64,000 nt of DNA from Schmidtea nova. Its lineage: Eukaryota. The notes below the pieces were generated by a model. The model ran no database searches and was not told the origin of the DNA. It was given only the letters and a program-made list of their open reading frames with translations. Below are positions 39,076 to 52,693 of this stretch, piece by piece. Position numbers and translations under genes: made by a program. The DNA lies in assembly GCA_044892505.1 (NCBI GenBank), contig CM097882.1, positions 16,678,001 to 16,742,000 of the forward strand. Reading direction: 5' to 3'. Each line of letters starts with the position of its first letter. Position 1 is the first letter of the stretch.

Positions 39076-39390
39076 CATATCATATTTAATATATCATATT
39101 TAACTTAAAAGATATGGAATATAATAATATTAATTAGCTACTTATTAGCTACTTATTATAATAATTAGTAAACTTTGAGCGTTCCGAATCACAGATAAAT
39201 AAATAAACAGATAATGTTGGGTAACTATTATATACATTTTGAAATAACTGTATCATGTAAGAACGTATATTGGTCCACACAGTAATTATGTGATAATATT
39301 TAATAATTCATATATTTATAAAGTAACACATAATAAATTTATAATAATAATTATAATAATTATAATGATAATAATAATAATAATGATAAT

Positions 39391-39528
39391 AAATACACAC
39401 TTGATAAAGGCTGTGCCGAAATATTGTGTTATTGTTTATAAAAAAAAATTTTGATCTATAGTCATTATGAGAATTATTGATAATAATAATAAAAAAAGAT
39501 CAAAGGTGAAAAAAGATAATTATGATAA
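39391..39528 (+). mobile_element. Unmasked monomer (~140 bp) of the U3-A8 hammerhead unit inside an (AAT)n tract
   Basis: AAATACACACTTGATAAAGGCTGTGCCGAAATATTGTG...GATCTATAGTCATTATGAG...GATCAAAGGTGAAAAAAGATAATTATGAT, flanked by AAT repeats. Confidence 0.85.
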
Positions 39529-39562
39529 TGATAATAATAATAATAAAATAATAATAATAAAA

Positions 39563-39596
<34 letters not shown>

Positions 39597-39699
39597 TAAT
39601 AATAATAATATAAATTATTCATTCAATTAATATAAATTTATAAATTAGTATAGAATATCAAGAGCAAGCACTAAAACAAATCCATAGTAGTCAGTAAGA

Positions 39700-40000
39700 A
39701 AGATAATATTTGAAAAGTTTTGTGAAAATTATTAAAAGATTTTGAATTTGCAGCTTGAAAATGTGGAATCTACTGTCACTCAATGGTCCATACGTTACAA
39801 GAGCCCACCCCAGTGTTGTGGGATTATATTACAGCATTTATTTAATGAAAATATTAAAAAATATCAAGTGACTGCAAATTTTAATTTCTCTGAAATTATT
39901 TATTTATTTATAAACTATTATCTTTTTTAATTTAGCTACTACTATTCATCAGCTCAAGGATGCCATGGATCATTTGAATAATAAGAAGATTATGTTCTCA
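39700..40000 (+). pseudogene. Death-domain-like two-exon remnant
   Basis: CENY*KILNLQLENVESTVTQWSIRYKSPPQCCGIILQHLF...[intron]...ATTIHQLKDAMDHLNIRRL matches the death-domain helix pattern by eye; splice phase broken. Confidence 0.45.
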
Positions 40001-41021
40001 TTAATATACTTTCATTTAGGATAAATATTTTAAAATCTTAGATAGAGACCAGCGGTCAAGATAAGGGTTTTTTAAAAAAATATTTTTTTCTTGTTTGCGA
40101 TTCGAATGTTTTTTGGATATGTAGAGCAATGCTTCTGTTAATGAGATAACTGAAACATCGCCGTGGTTGAAAAAAAAAGAAACATTTTCAATTTTAATAC
40201 GTATGCAAATCTCGAAGAATTTAGAAATTAGGAAGAAGTACTCAAATGTAAAGTATTTCTATCAAAATAAAAAAGTTACTGGAAAATTTGTGACTGACAA
40301 CAGAAAATTTGTTTTAATGAAATAGTGACTATATACTCCTGCCTTATCTAATATATTCTAGTATTTCTACGAGAAAGCAGCACTTGTCTGGCAGAGTCAA
40401 TTTTTTGTAGAGCCCAAATTTAAAATAAGTCTTTAATGTTTTTGTGTTTTAAATTCTTTTTGGAAAATAATCTTATTTTTAGTTTTATTGAATAATTTTA
40501 TATTTTATTAAGGAGAGACACTTGCTCCTAGCCTTGTTAAGACATAAAACCTATTTTTGGGCGTAATTTTATTAATTTCAGAATATATGGAGGCAGATTA
40601 ATAAAGTTTCGACCTTAGCGAATCTTGGGAAAATCTGAACACATTATTGAGAAATATCGTGAAAATATTCAACCTGGGATATGTGAAAGCAAATTTGAAT
40701 AATTACGGAATGCAATTAAAGAATATGATCAACCATGAAATAAGTAAATTATCATCTCAAGAATCATCCATGCGATTAGTTTACAAAATTTGACGGAAAA
40801 TATCTAAAATTTCAATTTTAATTGCCGAATTATTTGCGTTATAAATTTTTGAAAAAAACTTGATTAAATAAGTAGTATTAATTTGTTTATTTATAATAAA
40901 AAATGTCGTCAATTAATTTTGGTAGCACATGTGAAAACCGGACCGGTGTAAAGCGTGGCTTGCGTGAATTACAGCGCGACTTATTAGTTTCTATCGAATT
41001 AAAATGTTCAGTATCTATTAA

Positions 41022-41260
41022 CCCCTTTACCGGTAAACCCGAGGATACTCGTCAAGCCGAAACCGGTTGATAACCGGTAGACCCGAGTTAACTCATTTTA
41101 TAGATTTAAAGATAAAAATTTATACAAAAAAACATTTTTCATGAAATCTCAGAAAATGTTTCAAACCTCAATGTAGCTGCATTACATCATCGCTATAGGC
41201 TACATCATCACAACAACTGTCATTATGCTCGATTTCAAAAAAAAGTTGACGGTAAAGGGG
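41022..41260. mobile_element. piggyBac-type MITE (239 bp)
   Basis: TTAA|CCCCTTTACCG ... CGGTAAAGGGG|TTAA. Confidence 0.9.
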
Positions 41261-41872
41261 TTAAAACTAAATTAATTATTTCAAAACAATTCAAAAATTA
41301 CTGAGATTTTAATTCCATATCATTAACACAAACATTCGATCGTTTTTAAACGTGTTTTATTTCAGCAATAAATCTAAAAATCAAAAATTTAAAAATACAA
41401 TCTAATTCAATAATGCGATAATTCTCCAATTATTTTTAAAAATATTCTTAAATTTTAAAATAAATCTGCAAATCTTTTTTTTTGATTTTCTCTTCATAAT
41501 TTTTATAAATATTATTCTAGAAATTTTTATATTTCAAAATGATATTATGCTTTTAGATTTTTAAAATTATAAATCCTCACACGGCCAAAATCGCCAGAAA
41601 ATGCAAGCATATTTGAACTAGAATTTAGTAAATAATGAAACTTTAAATCTATAAGTAAAGACGCGGCTGTTCGTTGAACTGACCAAGATATAAATTTTTC
41701 TAGCGAACGGTTTGTTGCCTCAGTTATTTGTTTTTTCGAAGGTGTGAAACTATTTTAAGATGAAATGATTGTTTCACGATTTGGTTTTAAAACATTTCTA
41801 AGTTTTGATAATTTTGATTATTTGGCACGTGATTTAAAAACATGAATAATTACAAACATAATATTAACTTTG

Positions 41873-42430
41873 TTAATAAACCATTGCACCTTCATTATTG
41901 AAAATATCAGTTCCTACTCTTAAATCGTCTGGACATTGCTGGGTAAAATCAAGAAAAATTTGTTCATGTAGGGTTTGTGTTGCATCTTGAAATACATTAA
42001 TTAAGAAATTACGATTATTAAGGTATGCTTGTCTTGTAAGGAAATCAATAACTGTGGCCTCTCTAGGATTTTTAAAAATAACTAAATATTGAACATTTAG
42101 GTTACGAGTTCGATGAGCTCCACCTCGATGAAACAGAATTTGAGTTAAAAAACTTTGACACTTTTATGACACTTTTTTCGTTAATAAATTATTAAAATCT
42201 TTTTCCTTATTTGCTTCCTGATAAAGATCATCAATAATACAACTAGATGACCAGTCTTTAGTGAAACCCTTTATTATCGTCATTTTGATTTTCAGTTATT
42301 TCATGTTCATCATCAGCTCATCTATGCCAATAAATTTTATTGAATTTTGACTTGAACATTTTAGATTGTATTAATTTACAAACAAAAAAAGTTTTTCTAC
42401 TATCTCTAAACCAACAATTTGATAAACTGT
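41873..42430 (-). pseudogene. Polinton/Maverick packaging ATPase (A32/FtsK-like) remnant
   Basis: Decayed Walker A (IVGL...KTFFV), Walker B CIIDDLY, then LTQILFHRGGAHRTRNLNVQYLVIFKNPRE...FQDAT...IFLDFTQQCPDDLRVGTDIF, matching the Polinton ATPase C-terminal pattern. Confidence 0.85.
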
Positions 42431-42889
42431 ATCGTTTCTTAATTCATTTTTTAATATTGTTGAGATTGTATTATTGTTTATATTTGTTTTAATTAATTGT
42501 TATTATAATTAAAAAATTATTTGAAAATTATTCTTTAAATTAAAAAGGAAAATGTTCAGTATCTCATATACAATTTCCAAAAGGAAAGCCGCAACAAATT
42601 GTTGATAGAAGTGGAAAATATCCGATAATATTTTTCATGACCGGTAAGTGCCGAATTATGGGATGTAAGAAACCTCATATTAATTTAGATTAATTAGCCA
42701 ATATTTTTATTTTGGATAAAAATATAGATTATTAAGATACCGTCAATCAAATTTTTAGCGAAATAAAATCGATAATTGAAGATAAAAATTTTTTAAATAT
42801 CTTATTAACCATGAACGCATAATATGTGCATTGCAAATGAACGATTATGATTGTTTGTATGAGTGTGTTTAAATAAATTAGTATAAATA

Positions 42890-43285
42890 CCGTCTTTTTC
42901 CGAAAACAAGACACTGTCTTATTTTCTTTTTTATTCCAAAATACGAGCTAGGTCTTATTTTCGGGGGAAAGACAAAATATTGTAGATTGCTGCTTTATGC
43001 TGTATTTTATAGAAAATTTTCAAGAATTTATTTTAAACGAACTGCAGATGTAAATAATTAATTTCTTTAAATATTTTGTCTTAAACTTAATTTAAATATG
43101 ACTATTGGTAAACCTTGACATATAATTTCTTATAATAGATTAATAAGCAGCATTTTCTAACAAATTCTTTCAGTAACGTTAGTTAACTAGGGCTTCTTTT
43201 CGGGGGATGTCTTATTTTACAAAACGTTAAGAAAATTAAGCTAGGGCTTATTTTCAAAGGAGGTCCTTTTTTCAGAAAAAGACGG
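42890..43285. mobile_element. Tc1/mariner (pogo/Tigger-like) MITE
   Basis: TA|CCGTCTTTTTCCGAAAACAAGAC ... GTCCTTTTTTCAGAAAAAGACGG|TA; internal CTTATTTTCGGGG repeats. Confidence 0.85.
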
Positions 43286-44859
43286 TACCAACAGCTTTTT
43301 TAGTTATTTATCAAAGAAAATGGAATTTTTTATGAAATTATATATATATATGTGTGTGTGTGAAGTAATAATACACAGACACTTGGTCAAATGGTAAATG
43401 TAGTTTATTTTATATTCTATTTTACTTTTTATTTGTTTCTATATAAATTATTGTCCATTCTCATTGGAAAGATGGAACAGTTGTACCTTATACTGATGAC
43501 GGATCTCGTTTACTGAGCACCGGAATGTTACCATTCAAGATCCGAGCAATTACTGGTACTGATATCAGTACCATGTTGATCGAGCATAATAGGATGATAG
43601 GCGAAGATCTCGCAATTGTGAATAAAGCAAGCGTTTGTACATATCGTTGTGAATGCTGTCTTTAGTGTATGAAGAAATATTATATATCTGTTCTAAGAAA
43701 GGAATTGAAAAAATTACATTACGCATCTATTGTTGATAAGTATTAATAATATATTTAATAAATATTTAGTTTGTATTCGTCTTTAGTTTTTATTATAGAA
43801 ATTTTTTTTATTCGGTGAGTGTTAATTAAAGTAAATTGTTTATTAAAGTAAATCCTTCAAACAGTGTTTTTATTATAAGAAATAAACGAAATAATCTTTT
43901 TTATAACCAGTTTTTAATAAAGAAAATAGTTTATATATATTTATAGGAAAATATTTGTACAAATGCGATACTAATGCAATACAAATGTAATAAAAATACA
44001 TGACAAATACATAAAATGAATTATGCACACACACATACAGGTCAAATATGTTATTCTCCGCACACACTCATATGTAAGTAATAAATCATGACACACACTC
44101 ATATGGATGAATTTGATCGGTTACATCTTCATATTTAACCTTATAAATACAAAGACGAAACAATACAATTTCATAATTTTTTTAAAAAATGCAATCAAAT
44201 AAATCAGTTTTTACAGCATTTCCTAATGTATTTAAAGAAACCAGCCCTATTAAGACTGAAGAAACAATTAAATCAATTAAGTAGTCTCAACTCAAAAATG
44301 ATACTGATGTCAAAGCCAATAAAATCAAGAATGACGTGAAGCCAGTTCAAATGTACCACGACTCTAAACAATATTTCTTGGTAGAAGAAATACTATTCAG
44401 ATTCTCTTATCCAGTCAAGCTATCAAAATCATTATATGCATACTTAATCGGGCATATAAATAAAGAAGATGTTATAGCAGTAAATGTTATAGCAGTAAAA
44501 ATGTATCAAAATCAATAAAAAAAATTATTCTGCAAAGAAACCATGTTTATTATCAACTGAAACACACGTTTTCATGACGCGTTCCAATCAATTGATTTCA
44601 GGGATAATGAACGATCGTTTATAAATATTTCAATTACAAAGTGGATCACAGGGATGTCATTTCACCAGTTTGGAGAATCGATAGTGCAAGAATTACTTGA
44701 GATTTTTAACTTGTGTATTTTTAATAAATGTTTAATATTATTTGGTGTTTTTATATAGTAAAGAGTGTACTATTTTGACCTGTGTAAATTATTTAAAATT
44801 TTTAACACGTGTAAATAAAAATGATAAAAATTAAAACAATATTTACATACTTCGGATAG

Positions 44860-45424
44860 TTTTCATATATGACCACTTAAACTTTAGTTTTTAAAATATA
44901 TATGACTTACTAAAATTAAATTATATATTTTTTCATATTTGACCTGCTTAATTAGTCCTTAAAATAAATTCTATATTTCTCATATATAACCTAGTTAATT
45001 TTACCTCTTACCTTAATTATATTTTTAATATATGACCTACTTTATTTAACATTATGTTTACTTTAAATTATAATATTTTAGTTTTCATATATGACCTACT
45101 TAATTTATCCTTAAAATAAATTATATTTTTCATATACGATCTAGTTAATTTAACATTTAAAATAAATTATATATATTTTAAATATATGACCTACTTTATT
45201 TGACTTTAAATTCACCTTAAATTTTAGTTTTTATATATGACCTTATTAATTTGTCCTTAAAATAAATCATATTTTTTTCATATATAACCTACTTAAAAAA
45301 ACTCTATATTTTTAATATTTGACTTTAAATTATAATATTTTAGTTTTCACATGTGACCTACATAATTTATTCTCAAAACAAATTATATATTTTTCATACA
45401 TGATTTAGTTAATTTAACCTATAA

Positions 45425-45473
<49 letters not shown>

Positions 45474-45746
45474 CTACTTTATTTGACCTTAAATTGACCT
45501 TTAATTATAATATTTTAGTATTTTTATATGACCTATTTAATCTTTCATAAATAACCTACTTCATTTGATCTTAAGTTCACCTTAGAATTACCTCATAGTG
45601 TCCTTAATTTGACCTTCACCTACTTTGTTACCTTAAATTATCTTTAAAATGACTTTAAGCAAAAAATTTGATTTGAAAGTATCCTGAAATTGACCTACAT
45701 AAAAAAGTTTCATGGGAAGGTTAATCTATATGAGGACACATCCTAC

Positions 45747-45747
<1 letters not shown>
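44860..45747 (-). repeat. Candidate Polinton terminal region (TGACCT-rich subrepeats ending ...ATCCTACT)
   Basis: Minus strand starts AGTAG; AAAGGTCAATTTAAGGTCAAA matches AAAGGTCAAATAAGGTCAAA at ~1914; lies next to the Polinton ATPase remnant. Confidence 0.5.
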
Positions 45748-45819
<72 letters not shown>

Positions 45820-46116
45820 TATGGAGTAACAATAAATAAACTCTTGGCAAAAAATAAAAATCATTAAAATTAAGTCTTTATTTTTTGAATCTTCTGCCTA
45901 TGTCTACAAAATAATCCTATTCCATATTGCTGTCTAGAACAAATAGTCGTCACCATATAATTATAATTATTACTATTCAGATCAAATGTATAACAAGCAG
46001 GCGAAATCATTATTAGTTAACATTAGCTCAAGTGGCCATTTCATGACCGAAAAATGTACAAGTTAATAAAAATTATGCTTTAAACATAAAATTTAAAATT
46101 TTGTATTCTATTTTAA

Positions 46117-46348
46117 CCCTTTCGCCCCTATTGGGACAATACGTCCCAGAAACTTTCATCATGATCCTACTGGGATATTTTCAAAGCAATTTGCGGTGTT
46201 AAAGTTTATTATTATCCCAGGACTTTCTAGGATATTCAGAAGCGCCACGATTACAAAAATGAGAATATTTCATATTTAGGTCAATATTAACAAGTTCCAA
46301 TATATAAATTTAGCATAGTGTCATTAGCGGAAAGTCGGTACGAAAGGG
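46117..46348. mobile_element. piggyBac-type MITE (232 bp)
   Basis: TTAA|CCCTTTCG ... CGAAAGGG|TTAA. Confidence 0.85.
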
Positions 46349-48962
46349 TTAATAAAGTTGCTCAAAAAATAAAAGTGATTTACATATAATTTTACAAAGT
46401 CTTTCAACATTTTACTTCAAGATAAACAAATTATTTAAATAAATTTTGTAAGTTTAGATAAATTTGTTGATTTTATCAAAATTTGATGAATGCATATTTT
46501 TCGTGATTCAACGAATCTTTTGATGTACATTTCTGTAGAATATTGTATTAAAAATAATTTCTTAAGACTTNNNNNNNNNNNNNNNNNNNNNNNNNNNNNN
46601 NNNNNNNNNNNNNNNNNNNNNNNNNNNNNNNNNNNNNNNNNNNNNNNNNNNNNNNNNNNNNNNNNNNNNNNNNNNNNNNNNNNNNNNNNNNNNNNNNNNN
46701 NNNNNNNNNNNNNNNNNNNNNNNNNNNNNNNNNNNNNNNNNNNNNNNNNNNNNNNNNNNNNNNNNNNNNNNNNNNNNNNNNNNNNNNNNNNNNNNNNNNN
46801 NNNNNNNNNNTCTTAAGACTTCTAAGTCAATCTCGTATTCTAGAACTCTTAATAATCTTCTGTAAAACTTCTTCGAAGTTTTGAAAATAAAAAAAACATA
46901 TTAAATAGATCTAGGCTTTTATTATTAAAATTATCTGAATGACGAAATTTGCTTAATAAAATTCGGTTTTATTTTAAATTGGCTACAAAAAAATTAGAAA
47001 CTAAATATTTATAAATCTAGATAATCAGTTAAATGAATTTCCCCAAAATTAAGAATGGGGTAAATGTTTCTTTCTTTTCCAAATAGTTGTCTCCAAAATT
47101 CATTAAAATCGTCATTTTCGAAATAATTAGCAAGAATTGCAATTTAAATGGTATAAAAAATGTTAGAAGATGGACGAACCGTAAAAATTTTGAAATTAAA
47201 ACATTACACAATAGGGGACAACAAATAAAGAATAAACATTAACATACAGGAATGATGCTAACAATCCAGTCTACCTATCAACAACTATTCAAAAACAATT
47301 TGCTATGTCGATTAATTGAATCACTTTAACAATTTATTTGATATCTGATAGATTTATTGATTTTATTGATTTTATTACCTTTATTTGCTTTGATTAACTT
47401 TTATGTGAAAATGACATTTTGATGGGATTTATTATAATTTATCGATTTTATTATTATTTTGTTTGTTTAGTTTTTAGTAAACACATTTTAAACATGGCAA
47501 GGATTTAATTAAAAAGAAAAACAAAATTCCGGTTCAGGACCCCCTATACAACTATATATATATATATATATATATGTTTTTTATTATTATAAAACTAAAG
47601 CCTTCAAGGGGCTAAAGATTAATTTAAAAATTGTTTTTTTTATTTTTCGACGGTGAGGCGTCAGTGAGGTGTCAAAAGCATTAAACAAAATCAGAAATTA
47701 TATACTGTGTAACAGATTATATCGGTAAACAACTACTTCATTCACAAGAAATAACTGACACGTCTACTTCGACACTAGTAAAAGTCGACTCAGTTTTTCC
47801 ATTCTTATTAAATTAAATCTTTGCTTATATTAGTGAATGAAATAATTAAAATTTTATCATCGTTATCGCCTGTTTTCAAGTAGTTTGTGAGACCATTCTC
47901 TTTTTTTGTTTATGATATTTTCAATAGGAAAAACATTTTTATCAACATTTAGTTAGAAAAATAATTTTTTCGAATAATTAATGTAACTAGTTAGATTAAT
48001 TTTATTGTTGATTAATTTAGTAAAGCTTGGTCGATTAATTGGTAACAAATTAAAAATATTACAAATCAAGATAGAATCTTAGAATTTCAAACTTACTAAA
48101 CATTAAATAAATTAAATACACATATCTAATTAATATTATTACAAAATTTCTTATTTCTACATCAATTAAAACAAAAAAATAAATAATAAAGAAACAGATA
48201 GATATAAACAATTTATTAGAAAATTAATGCTATAAATGATGTATAGGTATCAACCAGATATAGACTAATACCTTTTTTAGCCTCAGGGATGTTATCGACT
48301 ATTGAAATAATAATTTTGAACATACAAGATATCGANNNNNNNNNNNNNNNNNNNNNNNNNNNNNNNNNNNNNNNNNNNNNNNNNNNNNNNNNNNNNNNNN
48401 NNNNNNNNNNNNNNNNNNNNNNNNNNNNNNNNNNNNNNNNNNNNNNNNNNNNNNNNNNNNNNNNNNNNNNNNNGTGAATCTGTAATTAGTTTTTTATGTA
48501 ATTTGTATTTGTTATATTTGAAAAAAATCTTTTAATCAGTGTTGTCTTATTTATTTATATAAGATACCAAGTTGAGATTCTGGGAACATCAACAGAAAGA
48601 TTTTTGTAATACTTAAAACCAATTATCTCTCTAAGGCTTAGAGTCTAAGCCCAAAAAAAGTCTAATATGTGAGTTCACACACGGACACGCTCACATGCAT
48701 GCATACACCATGTAAAACTGATTAACAGCTTTCATAATACTAGTCGATGTGTATACAAATTAATTAATTATTATTTTATGTGAAATCAAATATGTAATTT
48801 TAATAATCATTTTAATATAATTTAGTAGTTATTTTAAATAATTCGATTAAATTTATTTTTACATATAAAGTAAGTAATTAACTCTAAACTAAAATTCATT
48901 TTAATTAAATACATGATCTAATATTTAACTTTTTTTAATAAAATTTTAAATAAATTATAATT

Positions 48963-48997
48963 AAATACACACTTGATAAAGGCTGTGCCGAAATATC
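48963..48997 (+). ncRNA. U3-A8 hammerhead unit with disrupted 3' stem I
   Basis: AAATACACACTTGATAAAGGCTGTGCCGAAATATC, then divergent. Confidence 0.55.
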
Positions 48998-50409
48998 GTA
49001 TACCGAACAACTAAAAAATATTTTTGATATAGTCTTACAAAAATTAATATGAAATTATTGAATTATAATTAAATTTTTATTAAACAAATTTTAAAAAATA
49101 ATTTAGCTACTATATGAATGAATAAAATAAATATATAAAAAAGTAATCAATGATTACCAATTTCTATTGATAATTCCTGTATATAATTTTGTACAAATCC
49201 GGGTACCACTACAAAAGTCTGAGTAACACACCAAACTTTGTTTTTTTATTAATTGACTTTTATTCATTGATAGAAATTAATGCATTACCAGTTTGCATGC
49301 ATTTTTACCATTATTACTGTTTTTTGTGTTTTATGATTTTTTTCTAATCTATTTACCGACCACATAATAAATATTTTATTAAATATTAGCACACCGATAT
49401 CACATTGTTAAAACACGGTGAATTTGTTTGTCTCTTATATTGTAACTTAATTTTATATTATAGTTGTTTAATTATCGTTTTATAGTGTATACGCTTCACA
49501 CAGTGAGAGATTAAGTATTTATGATTTCTTAAAAAAATATTTATTTCACTATATTATTTTAATAAACACCTAAATATATTTTCTTAGGTAGATACGTTCT
49601 TGGAATATCGTGTAAGAAAAATCGTGCAAAAAAGATACATCCTATATAATAAATGGGATACATTCCATATTATTGAAAAACTGTAAGATATAGTATAAAA
49701 AATAATTTTTTTCTAAAAATTGTAAAAAGAAATGTTGAAAACAATAAAATAAAATTACAACTTCTTTCATTTATTTTTCAATGTTAATACATGAATTGTT
49801 AAAAATGCAAATTCAATAAATTTTCTGATGCTGAAAATTTTATTTATGAATAAACTGACAGTAAATAATGAACTATCAATAATATAAGTAACCTTCATGT
49901 TACATGATTAGTTCCTTCGGTGGAATTTAAGTCTTGAAAAATGTGAGAAAACCTTTTTAACTCAAATACCGTGTAACTCGATGTATTTCGACGTATTTGG
50001 TTTCGTCATTATAAATTCATATGTAGATTCAGAGATCTTTAATTTCTACATAATAAAGTTTAATGGATCATTTAACCTATTAGAGACGGAAAGAAATCAG
50101 TAAATGGTGTTGGATTATATATACTATGTCGTTGCTTTAGTATCTCATGCATAATTAGTTGACATTGTGATAACTATGTCAAGTTATCCCCACTTATACT
50201 TTTCACTATTTTTGATTTCTTCAAACTTCCATGTACTTAACAACCGAAAAACCCAAAATAATTTGATCTTTAGTCATACAAATAAGAAAATTATTGATAT
50301 AAATAAAAAGAGATCAAAGGTGAAACCAAAAGATAATTATGATTTATTAGTTGAAAATGTATATATTTGTTTTTTATATTCAACGACCCTTCCAAGAGTG
50401 ATTCTAACC

Positions 50410-50732
50410 CAGCGTTTCCCAAAGTAGGTTCCGGGGAATCCTGGGTTCCGTGGACTGATAGCAGAGGCTCCGTGAACTTTTTGTAAATAAATGATTTATA
50501 AAAAAAGATTTATAAATAAAAATTAATAAATAATTCTCGATTTTATTCGATCGATTTTAAAATTCCTTTTCAATTCCATTGATATTGCCTTCAAAAATGT
50601 ATTTCCATTCTATTTCATATGTCCCAATTCCATTTCATTCACTATATAAAAACTAGATTTTTGTAAACAGGGTTCCGTCAAAGATTTGAAATCAAAAATG
50701 GTGCCGCGGTGAAAAAACTTTGGTAAACACTG
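50410..50732. mobile_element. hAT-type MITE (323 bp)
   Basis: CAGCGTTTCCCAAAGT ... ACTTTGGTAAACACTG with a perfect 8-bp TSD TTCTAACC. Confidence 0.9.
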
Positions 50733-52060
50733 TTCTAACCTAAAATAATGACAGATGAAAAGAAAGTTTATTTAGAAAATAGATATATACAGTATGATAA
50801 GATCAGGTGTTTTAAATTTTGTAAAAAAATATTTTGCACTCAAGTCTTCTTCATAAAGAAATTTAGAATTCTTCTTGAGTGATGATTTTACTGGTCATAT
50901 ACTTCCCTGACAAAATCCCGATAATACGAATAATGAAAAATAATATATAAGCTGTTAAAGTATATAATGAAAAGTTCCTAAATTTCCCTCTCGAGTTAAA
51001 TTTATTAATTATATGCTTTTATATTACATTATATTCCTCAATGCGAAATTTGATAAGAAATATAAAACCAAAGCTGCATGTTGCTAAAGCACTGTTTATT
51101 AACCAAATGTTTCCGTACTCCCTGGGAATATAAAGCAATGACATGAAAATATTACTTATTTTAAACAATTATTTATTATGTTACAATATTATTATTCTAA
51201 ATAACATTGAAAATTTATGCTTCTACAGAAAAAAAACTTTATAACAAATACACAGTGTAAATCTGGTCTATTACAAATTTTACAACCCCTCTAGAGGTGT
51301 ACAGAATATATCAAACATTGCGGGTTATATTTAGTATATTTTCTAGTTTGGTTTAAATTTGCGGATTTTACTTGTCAGTGGGTTATAATCAGGAAAACAC
51401 GTTATATCTTTGAAAAAATAAGGATTAACTATTTAAAATAAATGATGTCATTTGCAGAATTTCTGGACAAAGAGATAGATCTGTAAAATCCCCTATTCTA
51501 AAAATAAATAAATTTATTATAGGTCTTTTAATCGCATAAAATAATTTACCTTTTAAGGTTTGCATGCATTTTCCATTGTGTGTTGTGCTTGTGTGTATAA
51601 TTTATTTTTTCTTCTACTTTGTCTATCACATTATTAAATCTCATAAATTTTTAAAAATCAAAATTTAATACCAACGTAAGTTTTCATTTGATAAATAGAT
51701 ATTAAAATTATGATTACTTAAATATAATAAATATTTTTCATTATCTTTTTATGTAACAAATTTCCTTGTCAATTAAAACATTATATTTAACAAAAAACTG
51801 TTAAACTATCTTTTAAACTTTAAATGCATGATTTTTTAAAAATTATATTAATTGAAAATAAAATTTGACTGGATTAATCAAGTCTAAAATTATAATGTAC
51901 AAAATGTATACAGTATGTAGTCAATTGGCAATACTGCACAACAAAATCCAACTTGACTTAACGCATACTTAATGGCAGTAAGATCAGGTAGGTTTTCATA
52001 TGACAACACAATGCATTGAAGAATCAATTGAGAAAAAAAATTTAATAAAAAAAAACTTAC

Positions 52061-52151
52061 ATTTGTAATTGTAAAGCAGAATTTCCTCCTCACTTGCACC
52101 TTGACCGGAATCCGCACTGCTGCACACTTCACAGTCTGGTTTCATTGATTT
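52061..52151 (-). CDS. Downstream cytoplasmic exon of the protocadherin (KSMKPDCEVCSSADSGQGASEEEILLYNYK)
   Basis: TTTTAG acceptor, GTAAGT donor, phase 0 matching the AAG|GTGAAT donor at 53870; SSADSGQGASE resembles the delta-protocadherin DSGxGDS motif. Confidence 0.7.
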
Positions 52152-52693
52152 CTAAAATTTTCAAATAATATAAACATAAATATATATATATATATGTGTG
52201 TGTGTGTCTATATATGTATGTATAAGTATAAAAATAATTAGTTATCTGTTTTAATTTGAGCTATTGTTCTTTAAAGTCATGAGAAAAAATGACAAATCTA
52301 TTTAACTTTCATCTGTGGATTTTACAGAGGGAAATAAATATACAAAAACTCCACATATGTGTGTGTTTGTGTGTCTGTGGTTATTTAAAAATTGTTTGAA
52401 ATCTTTTCCTAAAGAAGCCACAGAAAAATCATGAAATAAGCATTCTCTTTTAGCGAACATACTTGAATCTGTCACCTAGAATATCGAGACAAAAATAGCT
52501 CGACGTCAGATTTTTTTAATTTTTATATTAAAATAAATTTTTAATGATTCATCATTAAAATGCAAGGTTTCACATTTTAATTTTAATTTTGATAATAATA
52601 ATAATAATAAATATAATAATAATAATAATATTATTATTATTTTAAACAAAAAAAGCTTGTGATTTTTTTTGTGATACCCAGTGCAAATCCCCA

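Noticed and set aside
39470-39525. Second hammerhead at TTGATAA...GGTGAAA in the unit tail
   Set aside because: No stem II can form between the core-like 7-mer and GAAA.
49588-49682. Plus-strand internal exon (RYVLGISCKKNRAKKIHPIYKWDTFHIIEK)
   Set aside because: Good splice signals but no neighbouring exons or recognisable motif.
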